A stretch of 64,000 nt of DNA from Bacillota bacterium (GCA_015059405.1 SVAL01000004.1:25817-89816), one strand, 5' to 3'; positions 39,529 to 50,010 are shown, numbered from the stretch's first letter. The notes: a model not told the origin generated them from the letters alone. Translations and numbers: made by a program.

Positions 39529-40029
39529 CTACTTATATTCTTTTAAATATATATTTCTAATTCCCCTTTTAAATTCCTTTTGATTAATTAATTTAAAATC
39601 ATCTTTAATTAAATTATTAATAGAATAAATATTATCAGGATGAATTGTTCCAGCTGCATATTTATATCCTAAATTAATACAATAAGAATCTAATTCTTTT
39701 AACATTTGATATTGTAACTTATTTCCAACAAATTTAGGATTTACCATCATTGGACCATAATCAACAACATCTCTATAATCTAAAGAAAGTTCAAATTTAT
39801 TTATACTTGCTTCATCTGATGGAATCATCATCATTGAACAAACACACTCATTATTTAAATAATATATCCATATCTTAGAACCATTATTTAACATAAAAGA
39901 TAAATCTTCTTTAGAAAAATCTCCTAACCACTCAGGATGTTCCATATTTGCTTTAACACTTTCTCTAAAAGAAATATACTCATCAATATTGATATTATCA
40001 CTAACAACAACTAAATCTTTAATATTCAT
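39529..40029 (-). CDS. GNAT-family N-acetyltransferase (probable)
   Basis: MVNPKFVGNKLQYQMLKELDSYCINLGYKYAAGTIHPDNIYSINNLIKDDFKL resembles GNAT motif A/B. 166 aa. Confidence 0.55.
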   Translation of the reverse strand: MNIKDLVVVSDNINIDEYISFRESVKANMEHPEWLGDFSKEDLSFMLNNGSKIWIYYLNNECVCSMMMIPSDEASINKFELSLDYRDVVDYGPMMVNPKFVGNKLQYQMLKELDSYCINLGYKYAAGTIHPDNIYSINNLIKDDFKLINQKEFKRGIRNIYLKEYK

Positions 40030-40074
40030 ACTATCACCTCATATTTAGTATAACAAAAAAACAACTAAAAGTTG

Positions 40075-41466
40075 TTATTTTTGTGGTATTAATAATTCTT
40101 GTCCTATAAATAGATTAGTACTTCCTAAATTATTTAAATTAATAAGATCGATTACATTAAGACCAAAACTAGATGCTATACCATATAAAGTATCTCCTCT
40201 TTTAACTGTATAAACAAAATTAGATGAAGTTACTTCTTTTAATGGTATTTGAAGTCTTTGTCCAATAGATAAAGTATTGCTAGTAAGATTATTTAAAGTT
40301 TTTATATCATCAACACTAACTCCATATTTATTTGCAATACCATATAATGTATCTCCACTAACTACAGTATATACTTCATAATTAGTTTCAGTAATTGTAT
40401 TAGAAGTAGGTATTAATAACTCTTGTCCAATAGATAAAGTATTACTAGTAAGATTATTTAAAGATTTAATTTCATCAATACTAACTCCATAACTAGATGC
40501 TATACCATATAGTGTATCTCCTCTTTTTACAGTATATGTAGTAGACTCTTTATTAGGTATTAAAAGAACTTGACCTGGGATAACAACTGTACTAGATAAA
40601 TTATTCAAATTAATAAGATCAACAACACTAACTCCATATTTTAAAGCTATATTATATAAATTATCTCCAGATACAACTACATAAGAATTATTAGAATCAG
40701 TATCATTATTTGAATTAGAATTATCATTATCAACATCTATATTTGGAATTAATAGTACTTGTCCAATAGAAAGATTATTACCAACAATATTATTTAAACG
40801 ACGTAGTTCATCGACACTAACATTAAATAGCCTTGCAATACTATATAATGTATCTCCTCTTTTTACAATATAAGTATTTTCATCAATTACTTCACCATTA
40901 GGAGCAACATACTGAACACCAATATAATTAGCTACTGCCCTAACTACAGCTTCAGCATAATCCTCTAAATTATTTTGTAATTTAACTACATCATTCGGAT
41001 TATCAATAAAACCATACTCTATTAATAAAGATGTTGTATTAGGTGTTTCTCTCATAATATAGTAATAATCCTTAGAAGTATCTTCAGGAAGTACTCTTTG
41101 ATATACCTTACGCATTATTTGTCCTTCTTCACCAATCGCTTCTAATATTGCTTTAGGAAGTACTTCACTACTACGTAATGGATAAACTATTTCAGCACCT
41201 TCTCCTCCACCTGCATTTATATGATTAGATAAAATAATAACATTAGGATCAGTCCCAAAACTATTTCGCATCGTATTAAGTCTCTCACTTCTAGTTAAAG
41301 TTCTATCAGTATCACGAGTAATAGTAACAGGTACTCCCAACTCTTTAAACCTATTATACATATATAAAGCCGCTTTTAAATTAAAATCAGATTCTCTTAA
41401 ATTACCACTAACAGCACCCGGATCACTACCACCATGTCCCGCATCTACAACTATTCTATAATCCAT
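40075..41466 (-). CDS. N-acetylmuramoyl-L-alanine amidase (Amidase_3) with five C-terminal LysM repeats
   Basis: Intact VVDAGHGGSDPG, a Glu about 15 aa later, SNHINAG and LIEYGF motifs. Five Y.V..GDTLY.IA....V....L..LN.L....L..GQ.L.IP repeats. Confidence 0.9.
   Translation of the reverse strand: MDYRIVVDAGHGGSDPGAVSGNLRESDFNLKAALYMYNRFKELGVPVTITRDTDRTLTRSERLNTMRNSFGTDPNVIILSNHINAGGGEGAEIVYPLRSSEVLPKAILEAIGEEGQIMRKVYQRVLPEDTSKDYYYIMRETPNTTSLLIEYGFIDNPNDVVKLQNNLEDYAEAVVRAVANYIGVQYVAPNGEVIDENTYIVKRGDTLYSIARLFNVSVDELRRLNNIVGNNLSIGQVLLIPNIDVDNDNSNSNNDTDSNNSYVVVSGDNLYNIALKYGVSVVDLINLNNLSSTVVIPGQVLLIPNKESTTYTVKRGDTLYGIASSYGVSIDEIKSLNNLTSNTLSIGQELLIPTSNTITETNYEVYTVVSGDTLYGIANKYGVSVDDIKTLNNLTSNTLSIGQRLQIPLKEVTSSNFVYTVKRGDTLYGIASSFGLNVIDLINLNNLGSTNLFIGQELLIPQK
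40078..40875 (-). repeat. Five tandem LysM-coding repeats
   Basis: Repeat units of about 150-160 nt, visible in both the DNA and the protein. Confidence 0.85.
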
Positions 41467-41515
41467 AAAAATTCCTCCTGAAATATAATATGAATTAGAT
41501 ATAATTTTGTGAAAA

Positions 41516-41540
41516 ATAAAAAAGGTGTAAAAACACCTTT
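41516..41540 (-). terminator. Terminator downstream of the 316-aa ORF
   Basis: AAAGGTGT-AAAA-ACACCTTT, with a T-rich run on the minus strand. Confidence 0.7.
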
Positions 41541-41543
41541 AAA

Positions 41544-42494
41544 TTAATAAACATTTTTATTTGATTTAACATCATCTATCGCACTTCCAAAAGTAACTGG
41601 ATGTTTTAATACACTAAATTGTCTTCCAATAAATGGTTCATGTTTTAATCCACCACTTTTTAAAGCATCTAAATAATCCATATAAGTATAACTAGGTTCA
41701 TAATCACTCTTACCTATAGTAGGTTTATCTAATTCTTCATAGAAAAGACCATTTCTTCCAGAATATACAAAACCATCAAAATAATCTTTTATATTTTGAG
41801 GATTAAATTCCATATAACCTTTAGTAAGTAATCCTTCTGCTGTTCTTTTTCTTGCTTCATCCATCATCATAAAAGAACCAATATTAGCACCCTCATTTAA
41901 AGGTATCCCTATTCTTTCAGTAAAACATTCATCATAAGTAAAGAATTGTCTATAAGTACAATCTACCAAATACATCTTAACTTCCCCACTTGGTAAATCA
42001 AAACTAACTACATTAAAACAATGAAATAAACCTCTACTTAAATCATTATCACAAGAAAAGTCCGTATGTTTAACACCTAAACTATCACAAACTTCAGAAA
42101 CCATTATAGAACTAGTTACACACATTTTATCTAAAGTAGCACTTTTAATATTATTTTTATCATTTAATTGTTCTCTTGTTTTATAAACAATATAAGAAAC
42201 TGCCATTTCACAATCTTCTTCTGTTTCTATCACATCCGGAAATACTACTGGATTACTTTGATCAAAAATAGGTTCTGAATCTAATGGTAAGAACTTATCT
42301 TCTAACAATCTTTCTAACTTAAATATTTCTAGTAATCTCTTATCAGAAAAAGTTGCTTCTGGAATAACTCCTTTAAAGTACTTATAAAGATTATTCATAG
42401 TTTCTTTAATAATTTCCATACCACCAGGAACATTCTTATATTTAAGAATTATCGCCCCAGCATTATCTAACATTTCTTTTTCTTCTATACTCAT
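41544..42494 (-). CDS. Hypothetical cytoplasmic protein with a possible Cys-His-Asp (papain/transglutaminase-like) triad
   Basis: LDKMCVTSSIMVSEVCDSLGV ... GLFHCFNVVSF ... YLVDCTYRQFF has the spacing and order seen in transglutaminase-like cores. No signal peptide. Confidence 0.45.
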   Translation of the reverse strand: MSIEEKEMLDNAGAIILKYKNVPGGMEIIKETMNNLYKYFKGVIPEATFSDKRLLEIFKLERLLEDKFLPLDSEPIFDQSNPVVFPDVIETEEDCEMAVSYIVYKTREQLNDKNNIKSATLDKMCVTSSIMVSEVCDSLGVKHTDFSCDNDLSRGLFHCFNVVSFDLPSGEVKMYLVDCTYRQFFTYDECFTERIGIPLNEGANIGSFMMMDEARKRTAEGLLTKGYMEFNPQNIKDYFDGFVYSGRNGLFYEELDKPTIGKSDYEPSYTYMDYLDALKSGGLKHEPFIGRQFSVLKHPVTFGSAIDDVKSNKNVY

Positions 42495-42544
42495 ATTGTA
42501 TCACCACTATTCTATATAAATTATAACATAAAAAGAAGAATATA

Positions 42545-43051
42545 TTAAACTTTATATCCTGCTTTATGTAAACTTTTTTGTATACCTTCTACTTTTCCAT
42601 CTCTTTCGTAACATTTATCTATAAAATAAGTAATAATATCTTTCTTTTCTTCACCAAAGAAAATAAAATAATCACAATTTAAATCCCACCAAAAATTAGT
42701 CATTCCTTCTTTATCAGAATATTTCATATATTCCCATAATGAATAATTTCTATCTATATCACTTTTAGCCATTTTTTCTAAATAAGCACTATCTTTATCA
42801 ATAAGTAATTTAGAATTAAAATAATAAAACATTCTTCTACCTAAACTATCATATTGATTAACAGGATAAAATACATAATCTGATTTATTCATTTCTATAT
42901 ACATTCTAGATACTACAACTGTATTTCCTTCATATTCAAATTGACCCATATAACTTAAATCAATTACTCTTCTTATACCATCTTTATTAGTATCTAATTT
43001 ATCTAATTCAGATATATTATTAATAGTAAAATTACCTCTTTGTAGTTTCAT
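42545..43051 (-). CDS. Hypothetical protein (168 aa)
   Basis: ORF with a plausible RBS. Aromatic-rich, with no motif recognised. Sits between two other unknown ORFs in one transcription unit. Confidence 0.45.
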   Translation of the reverse strand: MKLQRGNFTINNISELDKLDTNKDGIRRVIDLSYMGQFEYEGNTVVVSRMYIEMNKSDYVFYPVNQYDSLGRRMFYYFNSKLLIDKDSAYLEKMAKSDIDRNYSLWEYMKYSDKEGMTNFWWDLNCDYFIFFGEEKKDIITYFIDKCYERDGKVEGIQKSLHKAGYKV

Positions 43052-43066
43052 AATAATCTCCTAAAT

Positions 43067-43891
43067 TTATTTAATTACTTTACCATCCACATTACATATA
43101 TAAGCATCTGGTAACTTCGATTTAATATAATCTAATTTTTCTAAATCTTCTTCATAAATTCTTCCAACTATTACTCCTTCAATTAAGCTTTTAGGAAGTC
43201 CAAAAAAGATTGCACTTTCTCTATCAGTCGTTACAGGAGTAATTGGTTCATTAAACAATTCATTTAAAAATCCTGGCATACAGAAATATTTTAAAACAGA
43301 TTCATCAAAGTCTTTATTAAAAACATCATAATAAGCCATCTCTTTAGCATAATCACTTTCCATATTTAAAATAAATCCTATTTGTATCTTATTAGATGCT
43401 AAACTAGGCATAAATCTAATTTCTTTAGTTTGATCAGCATACCAAGTCCATACATCTTCCATATTATTATATTTAATTAAATTTTCTTCTACTTCACCAA
43501 AAGGAACTACATCATAATATCTAACAGCACCTGGTCCTCTTCCTTTTTCATACTTTATAACCGCACCACTATAAAACTTAATATAATCTCTTAAATAACA
43601 ATCTTCTTTAATATTCCACATACCAATACTATTAAAGATTTTATTCTTACTTCTACCATTAAAATCATTCGCAATAAATCCATTATCAACTATCCAATCA
43701 AAAGCATCAGGATTTCCTCCTAATCCATGTAGAAAAGTACCCTTCTTCAAAAAGACATCATCACCAATATTATAATGATTTTTTTCAACATCCACATCTT
43801 TATAAAATAATTCTATTTGTTTTAAAACTAATTCCTTAGCTTTACCATCAAAATTATTATTAACATATTCTATATATCTATCTTTATCCAT
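43067..43891 (-). CDS. Hypothetical protein (274 aa)
   Basis: ORF with an AAGGA RBS. No signal peptide and no motif recognised. Confidence 0.45.
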   Translation of the reverse strand: MDKDRYIEYVNNNFDGKAKELVLKQIELFYKDVDVEKNHYNIGDDVFLKKGTFLHGLGGNPDAFDWIVDNGFIANDFNGRSKNKIFNSIGMWNIKEDCYLRDYIKFYSGAVIKYEKGRGPGAVRYYDVVPFGEVEENLIKYNNMEDVWTWYADQTKEIRFMPSLASNKIQIGFILNMESDYAKEMAYYDVFNKDFDESVLKYFCMPGFLNELFNEPITPVTTDRESAIFFGLPKSLIEGVIVGRIYEEDLEKLDYIKSKLPDAYICNVDGKVIK

Positions 43892-43923
43892 AATAATCCT
43901 TCTTTCTATATATAATATACCAT

Positions 43924-43951
43924 AAAAAAAACATCCACAAAAACTGTGGAT
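43924..43951 (-). terminator. Terminator downstream of the ABC permease gene
   Basis: ATCCACA-AAAAC-TGTGGAT, followed on the minus strand by T8. Confidence 0.75.
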
Positions 43952-43956
43952 ATTTA

Positions 43957-45558
43957 TTATGTCTTAATATCCCTTTTAACATAAACAATATTACTAACTA
44001 AATATAATATAATAATGACAACTAACGATACAAACACTCCTGTATAAATATTATATAATCCAACACCTAACGATAAATTATAAAAATTAGAATTATTAAT
44101 TATAAAACCACAATCAAAATACCAAAAAGGCATATATATAATTTCTTTAAACCAATCATATAACCCAATAAACCAAATTAAAAACGATCCTATAGATAAT
44201 CCACTCATAACACCAACAGTTAATGAAGTATTTAAACTAATTGTTGATAAAAATAATAAAATACTTAAAAAACATATAACTGGAATACTAGCAATAAATA
44301 TATCTTTTAATAAATATAAATAATAATTAACCTCTATTACTTTTTCCCCAGTAAATACTAATTTAGGAGTAAACAAATCACTAAAACCAAATTTAAAACC
44401 TGAAACTATACTTAAAATTATAAGTGCTAATATCCATAATATATACATATCTAATATCAAATATATAAATTTACTTAAAAGTATCTTCCACCTTTTAACA
44501 GGAGCAGTAATAATGTTTTTTATAGTTCCGTTAGAATGTTCTTTACTTACAATTCCACTATTAGAAATTGCAATTATTAAAGTAATAATTACAGAAAAAT
44601 GAAATATTCTATTAACACTTAACTTAGTACTCATATAAGTATAACGATCAGCTCCATTAAAATATTCAGAATTGTAAATAATATCATGTTTAATTTCATG
44701 TTCAATACTATATAAAATAATTTTTCTAAATTCAACCGATTTTGTATATAAATATTTTTCTACCGCAACATAATCTTCATAAGAATCATACCCAACGATA
44801 CCTATCTCTTTGTATTCTTCTTCACTAGCAATAGGCTCTTCTATATGCTGCCAAAGATTTCTATACTGCATATAACCAAGACCAAAATAACTAAAATTAC
44901 TATCCACTTTTCTATCAATTAGTAACTCTATAATCTCATCTTTTTCTATTTTATTATTTTCAACTTGATATTCTAAATATAAATAATAATTATTTTGTTC
45001 ATACAAATCCATATACTTATCTATAATCGTATTATTATTACTATATAATTCGTCCAACTCTTTCGAAGTATAATTATTATGTAAATCTAATATTTTATCA
45101 TCAATATTGTGATAATCACTTCTTAAATTACCATCTAGAATTTCATTTATTATCTCCTCATTGTTCTTATCTTTAATAAAATCAATATAAAAATTTTCTA
45201 AAAAAACAGACCCCAAATCATAACGTACTGATTCTACTCGCCAATCCCAACGAGATTCAACTCCCATTTCTTTAATTTTTTTTAAATATTCATTTTCTTT
45301 TTCGGAATCACCTTTACAACTCAACTTTAAAAGTTCGTCATCGTGACTATTACAACTTTCAATACTAAATTGTACACCATTTATGATCTCATCAATATCA
45401 GAATAATCAGGTGAAAAAGTTGGATTAGCATCCATAAATTTCATCACCAAAAGAGAACAAACTAAAAATATAAAACTAATAATTAAAAATCTCTTAATAC
45501 TATAATTTTTTATAAATTCACTTTTAACTAAATTAATTATTTTCAACATCTTCACCAC
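43957..45558 (-). CDS. ABC-2-type permease-like membrane protein with a large insert of about 280 aa after TM1
   Basis: One N-terminal TM helix, a long soluble helical region, then about 5 TM helices in the C-terminal 220 aa. It overlaps the upstream ATPase gene by 26 nt. Confidence 0.6.
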   Translation of the reverse strand: MVKMLKIINLVKSEFIKNYSIKRFLIISFIFLVCSLLVMKFMDANPTFSPDYSDIDEIINGVQFSIESCNSHDDELLKLSCKGDSEKENEYLKKIKEMGVESRWDWRVESVRYDLGSVFLENFYIDFIKDKNNEEIINEILDGNLRSDYHNIDDKILDLHNNYTSKELDELYSNNNTIIDKYMDLYEQNNYYLYLEYQVENNKIEKDEIIELLIDRKVDSNFSYFGLGYMQYRNLWQHIEEPIASEEEYKEIGIVGYDSYEDYVAVEKYLYTKSVEFRKIILYSIEHEIKHDIIYNSEYFNGADRYTYMSTKLSVNRIFHFSVIITLIIAISNSGIVSKEHSNGTIKNIITAPVKRWKILLSKFIYLILDMYILWILALIILSIVSGFKFGFSDLFTPKLVFTGEKVIEVNYYLYLLKDIFIASIPVICFLSILLFLSTISLNTSLTVGVMSGLSIGSFLIWFIGLYDWFKEIIYMPFWYFDCGFIINNSNFYNLSLGVGLYNIYTGVFVSLVVIIILYLVSNIVYVKRDIKT

Positions 45559-46504
45559 CAGTCTTTTTTAAATATTCTTCTTCTAAACTAATATTTTTAT
45601 ATTTAACTTCTTCAATCCCAAAATCACTAATTATTTTGCCTTCATTAATAATCAATACCCTATCACAAATATTTTCTACTTCCGATAAAATATGACTACT
45701 AATTAAAATACTCATATTTTCTTTTTCACTAATTGTCTTTAACATTTTACGAAGTTCTTTAATCCCTTTAGGATCCAAACCATTAGTTGGTTCATCTAAT
45801 ATCAAAAGTTTTGGTCTTTTTATTAAAGCACATGCTATCCCTAATCTTTGTTTCATACCTAAAGAATATTTTTTTACTTTATCAGTTATTCTATCTTCTA
45901 ATCCAACAAATTTTATTATTTCTTCAATATAATCTTTATCCTTAATATTATTAATTAAAGAAATAACTTCTATATTCTTTCTACCACTAATATTTAAATA
46001 CATATCTGGATTTTCAATAATAGAACCAGTTTTAGATAAAGCTTCTTCTAAATTTTTCTTAATATCATAATCACATATTTTAATACTACCAGTATCACAC
46101 TTATACAAAGATAATATTGTCTTTATAAGTGTAGTCTTTCCTGCTCCATTAGGACCTATAATACCAACAATATCTCCTTCATAAATATTAAAATTAATAT
46201 TATCAAGAACTTTTCTTTTACCAAAAGATTTAGATAAATTATTTACTTCTAAAACTTTGTTATGATGATTGACATCAATCTCTTTTTTCTTAAACTTTCT
46301 TTCTCCATTTAAAATCTCCTGAACTGTAACATGAAATATTTTAGAAAGTTCGGTTAAGTAAGATATATCTGGAGCATTTACTCCTCTTTCCCATTTTGAA
46401 ACTGAAGTATCCATTATTCCAAGTTTATCTGCGAGTTGCCTTTGCGTCATTTTATTTTCTTTTCGAAGTTTACTAATAAATAATCCCATTTTCTCTTGAT
46501 TCAT
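45533..46504 (-). CDS. XRE-type HTH domain fused to an ABC transporter ATP-binding domain
   Basis: The N-terminus FISKLRKENKMTQRQLADKLGIMDTSVSKWERGVNAPDISYLTELSKIF is a Cro/C1-type HTH. It is followed by Walker A GPNGAGKTT, the signature YSLGMKQRL and Walker B LLILDEP. Start trimmed to MNQEK (ATG 46502-46504, GAGGTGG upstream). Confidence 0.85.
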   Translation of the reverse strand: MNQEKMGLFISKLRKENKMTQRQLADKLGIMDTSVSKWERGVNAPDISYLTELSKIFHVTVQEILNGERKFKKKEIDVNHHNKVLEVNNLSKSFGKRKVLDNINFNIYEGDIVGIIGPNGAGKTTLIKTILSLYKCDTGSIKICDYDIKKNLEEALSKTGSIIENPDMYLNISGRKNIEVISLINNIKDKDYIEEIIKFVGLEDRITDKVKKYSLGMKQRLGIACALIKRPKLLILDEPTNGLDPKGIKELRKMLKTISEKENMSILISSHILSEVENICDRVLIINEGKIISDFGIEEVKYKNISLEEEYLKKTGGEDVENN

Positions 46505-46606
46505 AATATCCACCTCAAATTCATATTAACAAACATCATAAAAAAAGTATATGGCTTATTCCGCCAGTAAAAAAGATAGACTTTTACATCTATCTTCTTT
46601 CATCAA

Positions 46607-48076
46607 TTAAATATCTTCTGAATAATCATATTCATAATCGTATTCATAATCAGGTTCATTACTTACAATAAGTAAATCATATAATGCTGTACCTTCAAGT
46701 GCTTTAATTAAATTGTTTTCCATTGCTTCGAAATCAGTTTCTGTTAAATCTTCATAATTAACAGCACCATTTGTATCAATACCATTTACTTTACCACCAA
46801 TTTCAACATTAACTTCTACATCAGCACCCAATTCAACAGTTTCACCTTCAGTAGTAACACTTACAAATACACTAACTTTACTACTTGCTTTCTTTTCACT
46901 TTCTTCAGTACTATCAGTAGATAATTTAATTGTAAATGACTCATCTGCTTCTTGATATTTTAAATTTAAATCAATCTTTTGATTCTTATCATTTTCTTTA
47001 TATACCAAGTCAAATGTTAATAATTCTTCTTTATCAACTACTAAACTACCAACTGTTTTATCTCCATTAGTTTTAGCAACAAATTTAAATTCTTCTCCTT
47101 CTAAAACTAATTCAGCCTTATCTTTAACTTTAATATAAGAAATTACATCATTATTTTCTTCTAAACCAAATCCAACTACATCTGAAAAGAATCCTTTAGT
47201 ATATAAATAGAAATCTACTTCTTCTTCAATGGCAAAATCATCTTTAGAAACTTTCATACCATCAAACATAGCTTCTACTTCTTCAGTAGTACTTCCAATT
47301 AATTTACTAACTAATTTAATAAATTCACTATCATTTTTCATATCCTTTAATATAGAACTAGTCATATGATACATAGTATCATTATTAATAGGATAAATAA
47401 CTTTTGTTACTTTTACATCTTTTCCATCTATTTTAACAACAGCTTTTTCTTCTTTAAATTTACTTTTATCAAAAGAATCATTAATATATTTAGCTACTTT
47501 TTCTACTAATCTATCAGCTTCTTCATGAGTAAGAGGTAATTCCATACCTTCTTCCGTCATTAACTCACTAAAAATATCTTCTTCCATCACTTGATATAAA
47601 ACTTTATCATATACTTGTTTAGAACTAATATACATAGTCTTATCAAGAACATACATAATTCCACTAATAACTTCTTTTTCTTCTTCGTTAATAGCTCCGC
47701 CTAATTCTAACTTCTTATTTTTTGCATCTAAACCAAAATTAAACTTATAACTATGTTTAGTATAATCATTAAGTTCTTCTAAATTAGTAGATAATTTTAA
47801 ACTACCATCCATTACTAATGTATCTTTTGATAAATCAAAAGTTTCTGATTCATAGATTTCTTCTATAAAATCACTTAAAGTTTCGTACCCTTCATCAACT
47901 ACTCCCCTATAAAGATTAATTGGACTACTAACATACATCTTATATCCAAACAGTCCACAAACACCGATAACTAAAATCATTCCAATAACTATACCAATAA
48001 TAGTTAACTTTTTCTTTAATTGTTTTTTAGAATCGACTTCTACAATTAAATCTTCATTTTTAACTTCCTTTTCCAT
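46607..48076 (-). CDS. Hypothetical single-pass membrane protein with a large ectodomain
   Basis: One TM helix (LTIIGIVIGMILVIGVCGLFGY), an E/K/D-rich ectodomain, and an acidic Tyr-rich tail EPDYEYDYEYDYSEDI. Start trimmed to MEKEV (ATG 48074-48076). Confidence 0.5.
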   Translation of the reverse strand: MEKEVKNEDLIVEVDSKKQLKKKLTIIGIVIGMILVIGVCGLFGYKMYVSSPINLYRGVVDEGYETLSDFIEEIYESETFDLSKDTLVMDGSLKLSTNLEELNDYTKHSYKFNFGLDAKNKKLELGGAINEEEKEVISGIMYVLDKTMYISSKQVYDKVLYQVMEEDIFSELMTEEGMELPLTHEEADRLVEKVAKYINDSFDKSKFKEEKAVVKIDGKDVKVTKVIYPINNDTMYHMTSSILKDMKNDSEFIKLVSKLIGSTTEEVEAMFDGMKVSKDDFAIEEEVDFYLYTKGFFSDVVGFGLEENNDVISYIKVKDKAELVLEGEEFKFVAKTNGDKTVGSLVVDKEELLTFDLVYKENDKNQKIDLNLKYQEADESFTIKLSTDSTEESEKKASSKVSVFVSVTTEGETVELGADVEVNVEIGGKVNGIDTNGAVNYEDLTETDFEAMENNLIKALEGTALYDLLIVSNEPDYEYDYEYDYSEDI

Positions 48077-48161
48077 AACTTCCACCTTCCTATATTTATA
48101 CCTAAATTATAACATAAATATATATAAAAAAAACAATATCATATGATATTGTTTTAATATT

Positions 48162-48983
48162 TTATTCTTCATTAAATAATTTATAAAATTCACTTACTTC
48201 TAAAAACTCAATATTATTATCAAGCATATAATTCATAATACTAATTCTCTTATCTAGTTTATCTCTTTTTAATCTAGTAATTAAACAATCCTTATATTTA
48301 GGATATTTACAACATAATTGATATAGTTTTAATAATTCATTAAGTATTGTAATAATAGTATCAATACTCATTTTAGCACTATAATTACTATCTTCAACTT
48401 TACGATAAATAAAGAAAGAATTATTAAAATGATTATAACTATTTGCCTTACACATTGCTTCTAAAGTAAATACTATATCTTCAAATCTTTGTCTCTCTGG
48501 AAATTTTAAATCTTTAATTAAAGATCTTTTATAACACTTTGTAGGTGCTCCTAAAAAACTAGATAACTCTATTTTTTTATAAACATCTCCATAAACATCT
48601 AGCTTATTAGATATTTCTCCATCTTTATTCATAGTATAATTTAAAAATATTAAATCTTCATCATTTATAAAATCATTTAATTCTTCTAATATATTACTAT
48701 TACTTAAATAATCATCACTATCTAAGAATATAATATATTCCCCTTTTGCTTTTTTAATACCTAAGTTTCTAGCACCACCTGCTTGTAATCTATCAGTGGT
48801 ATAAAACTTAACATCAAACTTTTTTATTTCTTCTAAACTATTATCTGTACTACCATCATCTATAACAATAACTTCTAAGTTTTTATAACTTTGATTAAAT
48901 ACACTGCTTAAACATTCATTTATATATTGACCTTTGTTATAGTTTGGAATAATTATAGAAAATCTAATTTTGTTTTTATTCAT
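48162..48983 (-). CDS. Glycosyltransferase family 2
   Basis: FSIIIPNYNKGQYINECLSSVFNQSYKNLEVIVIDDGSTDNS and a later LDSDD motif. Confidence 0.85.
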   Translation of the reverse strand: MNKNKIRFSIIIPNYNKGQYINECLSSVFNQSYKNLEVIVIDDGSTDNSLEEIKKFDVKFYTTDRLQAGGARNLGIKKAKGEYIIFLDSDDYLSNSNILEELNDFINDEDLIFLNYTMNKDGEISNKLDVYGDVYKKIELSSFLGAPTKCYKRSLIKDLKFPERQRFEDIVFTLEAMCKANSYNHFNNSFFIYRKVEDSNYSAKMSIDTIITILNELLKLYQLCCKYPKYKDCLITRLKRDKLDKRISIMNYMLDNNIEFLEVSEFYKLFNEE

Positions 48984-48996
48984 AATAAATCCCCTA

Positions 48997-50010
48997 TTAT
49001 ACTAATACAGTTTCTAATAACTCCTCCCATTTTCTTAAAATGGTATCATTATCATATTTAAAACCTATTATTGAATCTTTATACTTCTTCTTATCATTTA
49101 TTATTTCACTAATTCGATCTTTATAAGAAAGCGTATCATCTCTACTTAAAATAATACCATTTTCTTTATCACGAATTTGTTCAAAGACAACTTCAAAATC
49201 TGTAGATATACAAGGAACTCCCACACACATAGCCTCAGTTAAAGCTAATCCCCATGTTTCATTACTACTTAATAAAACACTATAATCACACTGCTTAACA
49301 ATCTTATGAGGATTATCTAAAAAACCAAGCCAAACAAAGTTCTCCTTAAATTCAGAGAAACTTTCCATAATTTCTAAAGCTTCAACTTTGTTAAAATTAT
49401 CTCCAACTATAAACCATTTAAAGTCTATATTAGCATCCCTTAAATACTTAGCTAATTCTAACATTCTATTAAAACCTTTATCTCTACAAACCCTAGATAC
49501 TGTAACTAAATTTAATTCTTTAGAAAGTTCTAGTTCACATTCTTCACTTGATTTATCTATTAATGATTCACTATCAATAACATTATAAATATATTTTATT
49601 TTGTCCTTTATATCTTTAAAAGTATTTTTAAGTAACTCACATATCGTATTACTAACTGTAATTACACAGTCTAAGTTCTTACGAAATTTTGTATTTAAAA
49701 TACTATCTGGCAAATTCAATACTTGATGTACCCATAAAATTGTCTTCTTTCTTTTAACATTTTTTGCTGCATCACATAAATGCAACTTCATAGAACATGA
49801 TATGAAATAATCCACTTCTATGTTCTTTTCTTTTTCCACATTAACTACTTTAGCATATTTAGAAAATTCATCTAACATTCCTTGATCGGAATTCTCATTA
49901 ACATACCCGATGTAGATATCAAACCCTTTTAATTTTTTTATCAAACTTAAAAGAGCCATCTCTGTTCCTCCAATGTAAATCAATGGAAAAAAGAACATTA
50001 TTTTTTTCAT
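48997..50010 (-). CDS. Glycosyltransferase family 4 (GT-B, group 1)
   Basis: C-terminal E..G.ALTEAMCVGVPCISTD...I....NG motif typical of GT1/GT4 enzymes. Confidence 0.75.
   Translation of the reverse strand: MKKIMFFFPLIYIGGTEMALLSLIKKLKGFDIYIGYVNENSDQGMLDEFSKYAKVVNVEKEKNIEVDYFISCSMKLHLCDAAKNVKRKKTILWVHQVLNLPDSILNTKFRKNLDCVITVSNTICELLKNTFKDIKDKIKYIYNVIDSESLIDKSSEECELELSKELNLVTVSRVCRDKGFNRMLELAKYLRDANIDFKWFIVGDNFNKVEALEIMESFSEFKENFVWLGFLDNPHKIVKQCDYSVLLSSNETWGLALTEAMCVGVPCISTDFEVVFEQIRDKENGIILSRDDTLSYKDRISEIINDKKKYKDSIIGFKYDNDTILRKWEELLETVLV

Noticed and set aside
46607-46660. C-terminal DYEYDYEYDY repeat of the 489-aa membrane protein, considered as a possible modification or sorting signal.
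   Set aside because: It is a short acidic, Tyr-rich low-complexity tail with no known motif (no LPXTG and no sortase-type signal). That is insufficient to support any claim.
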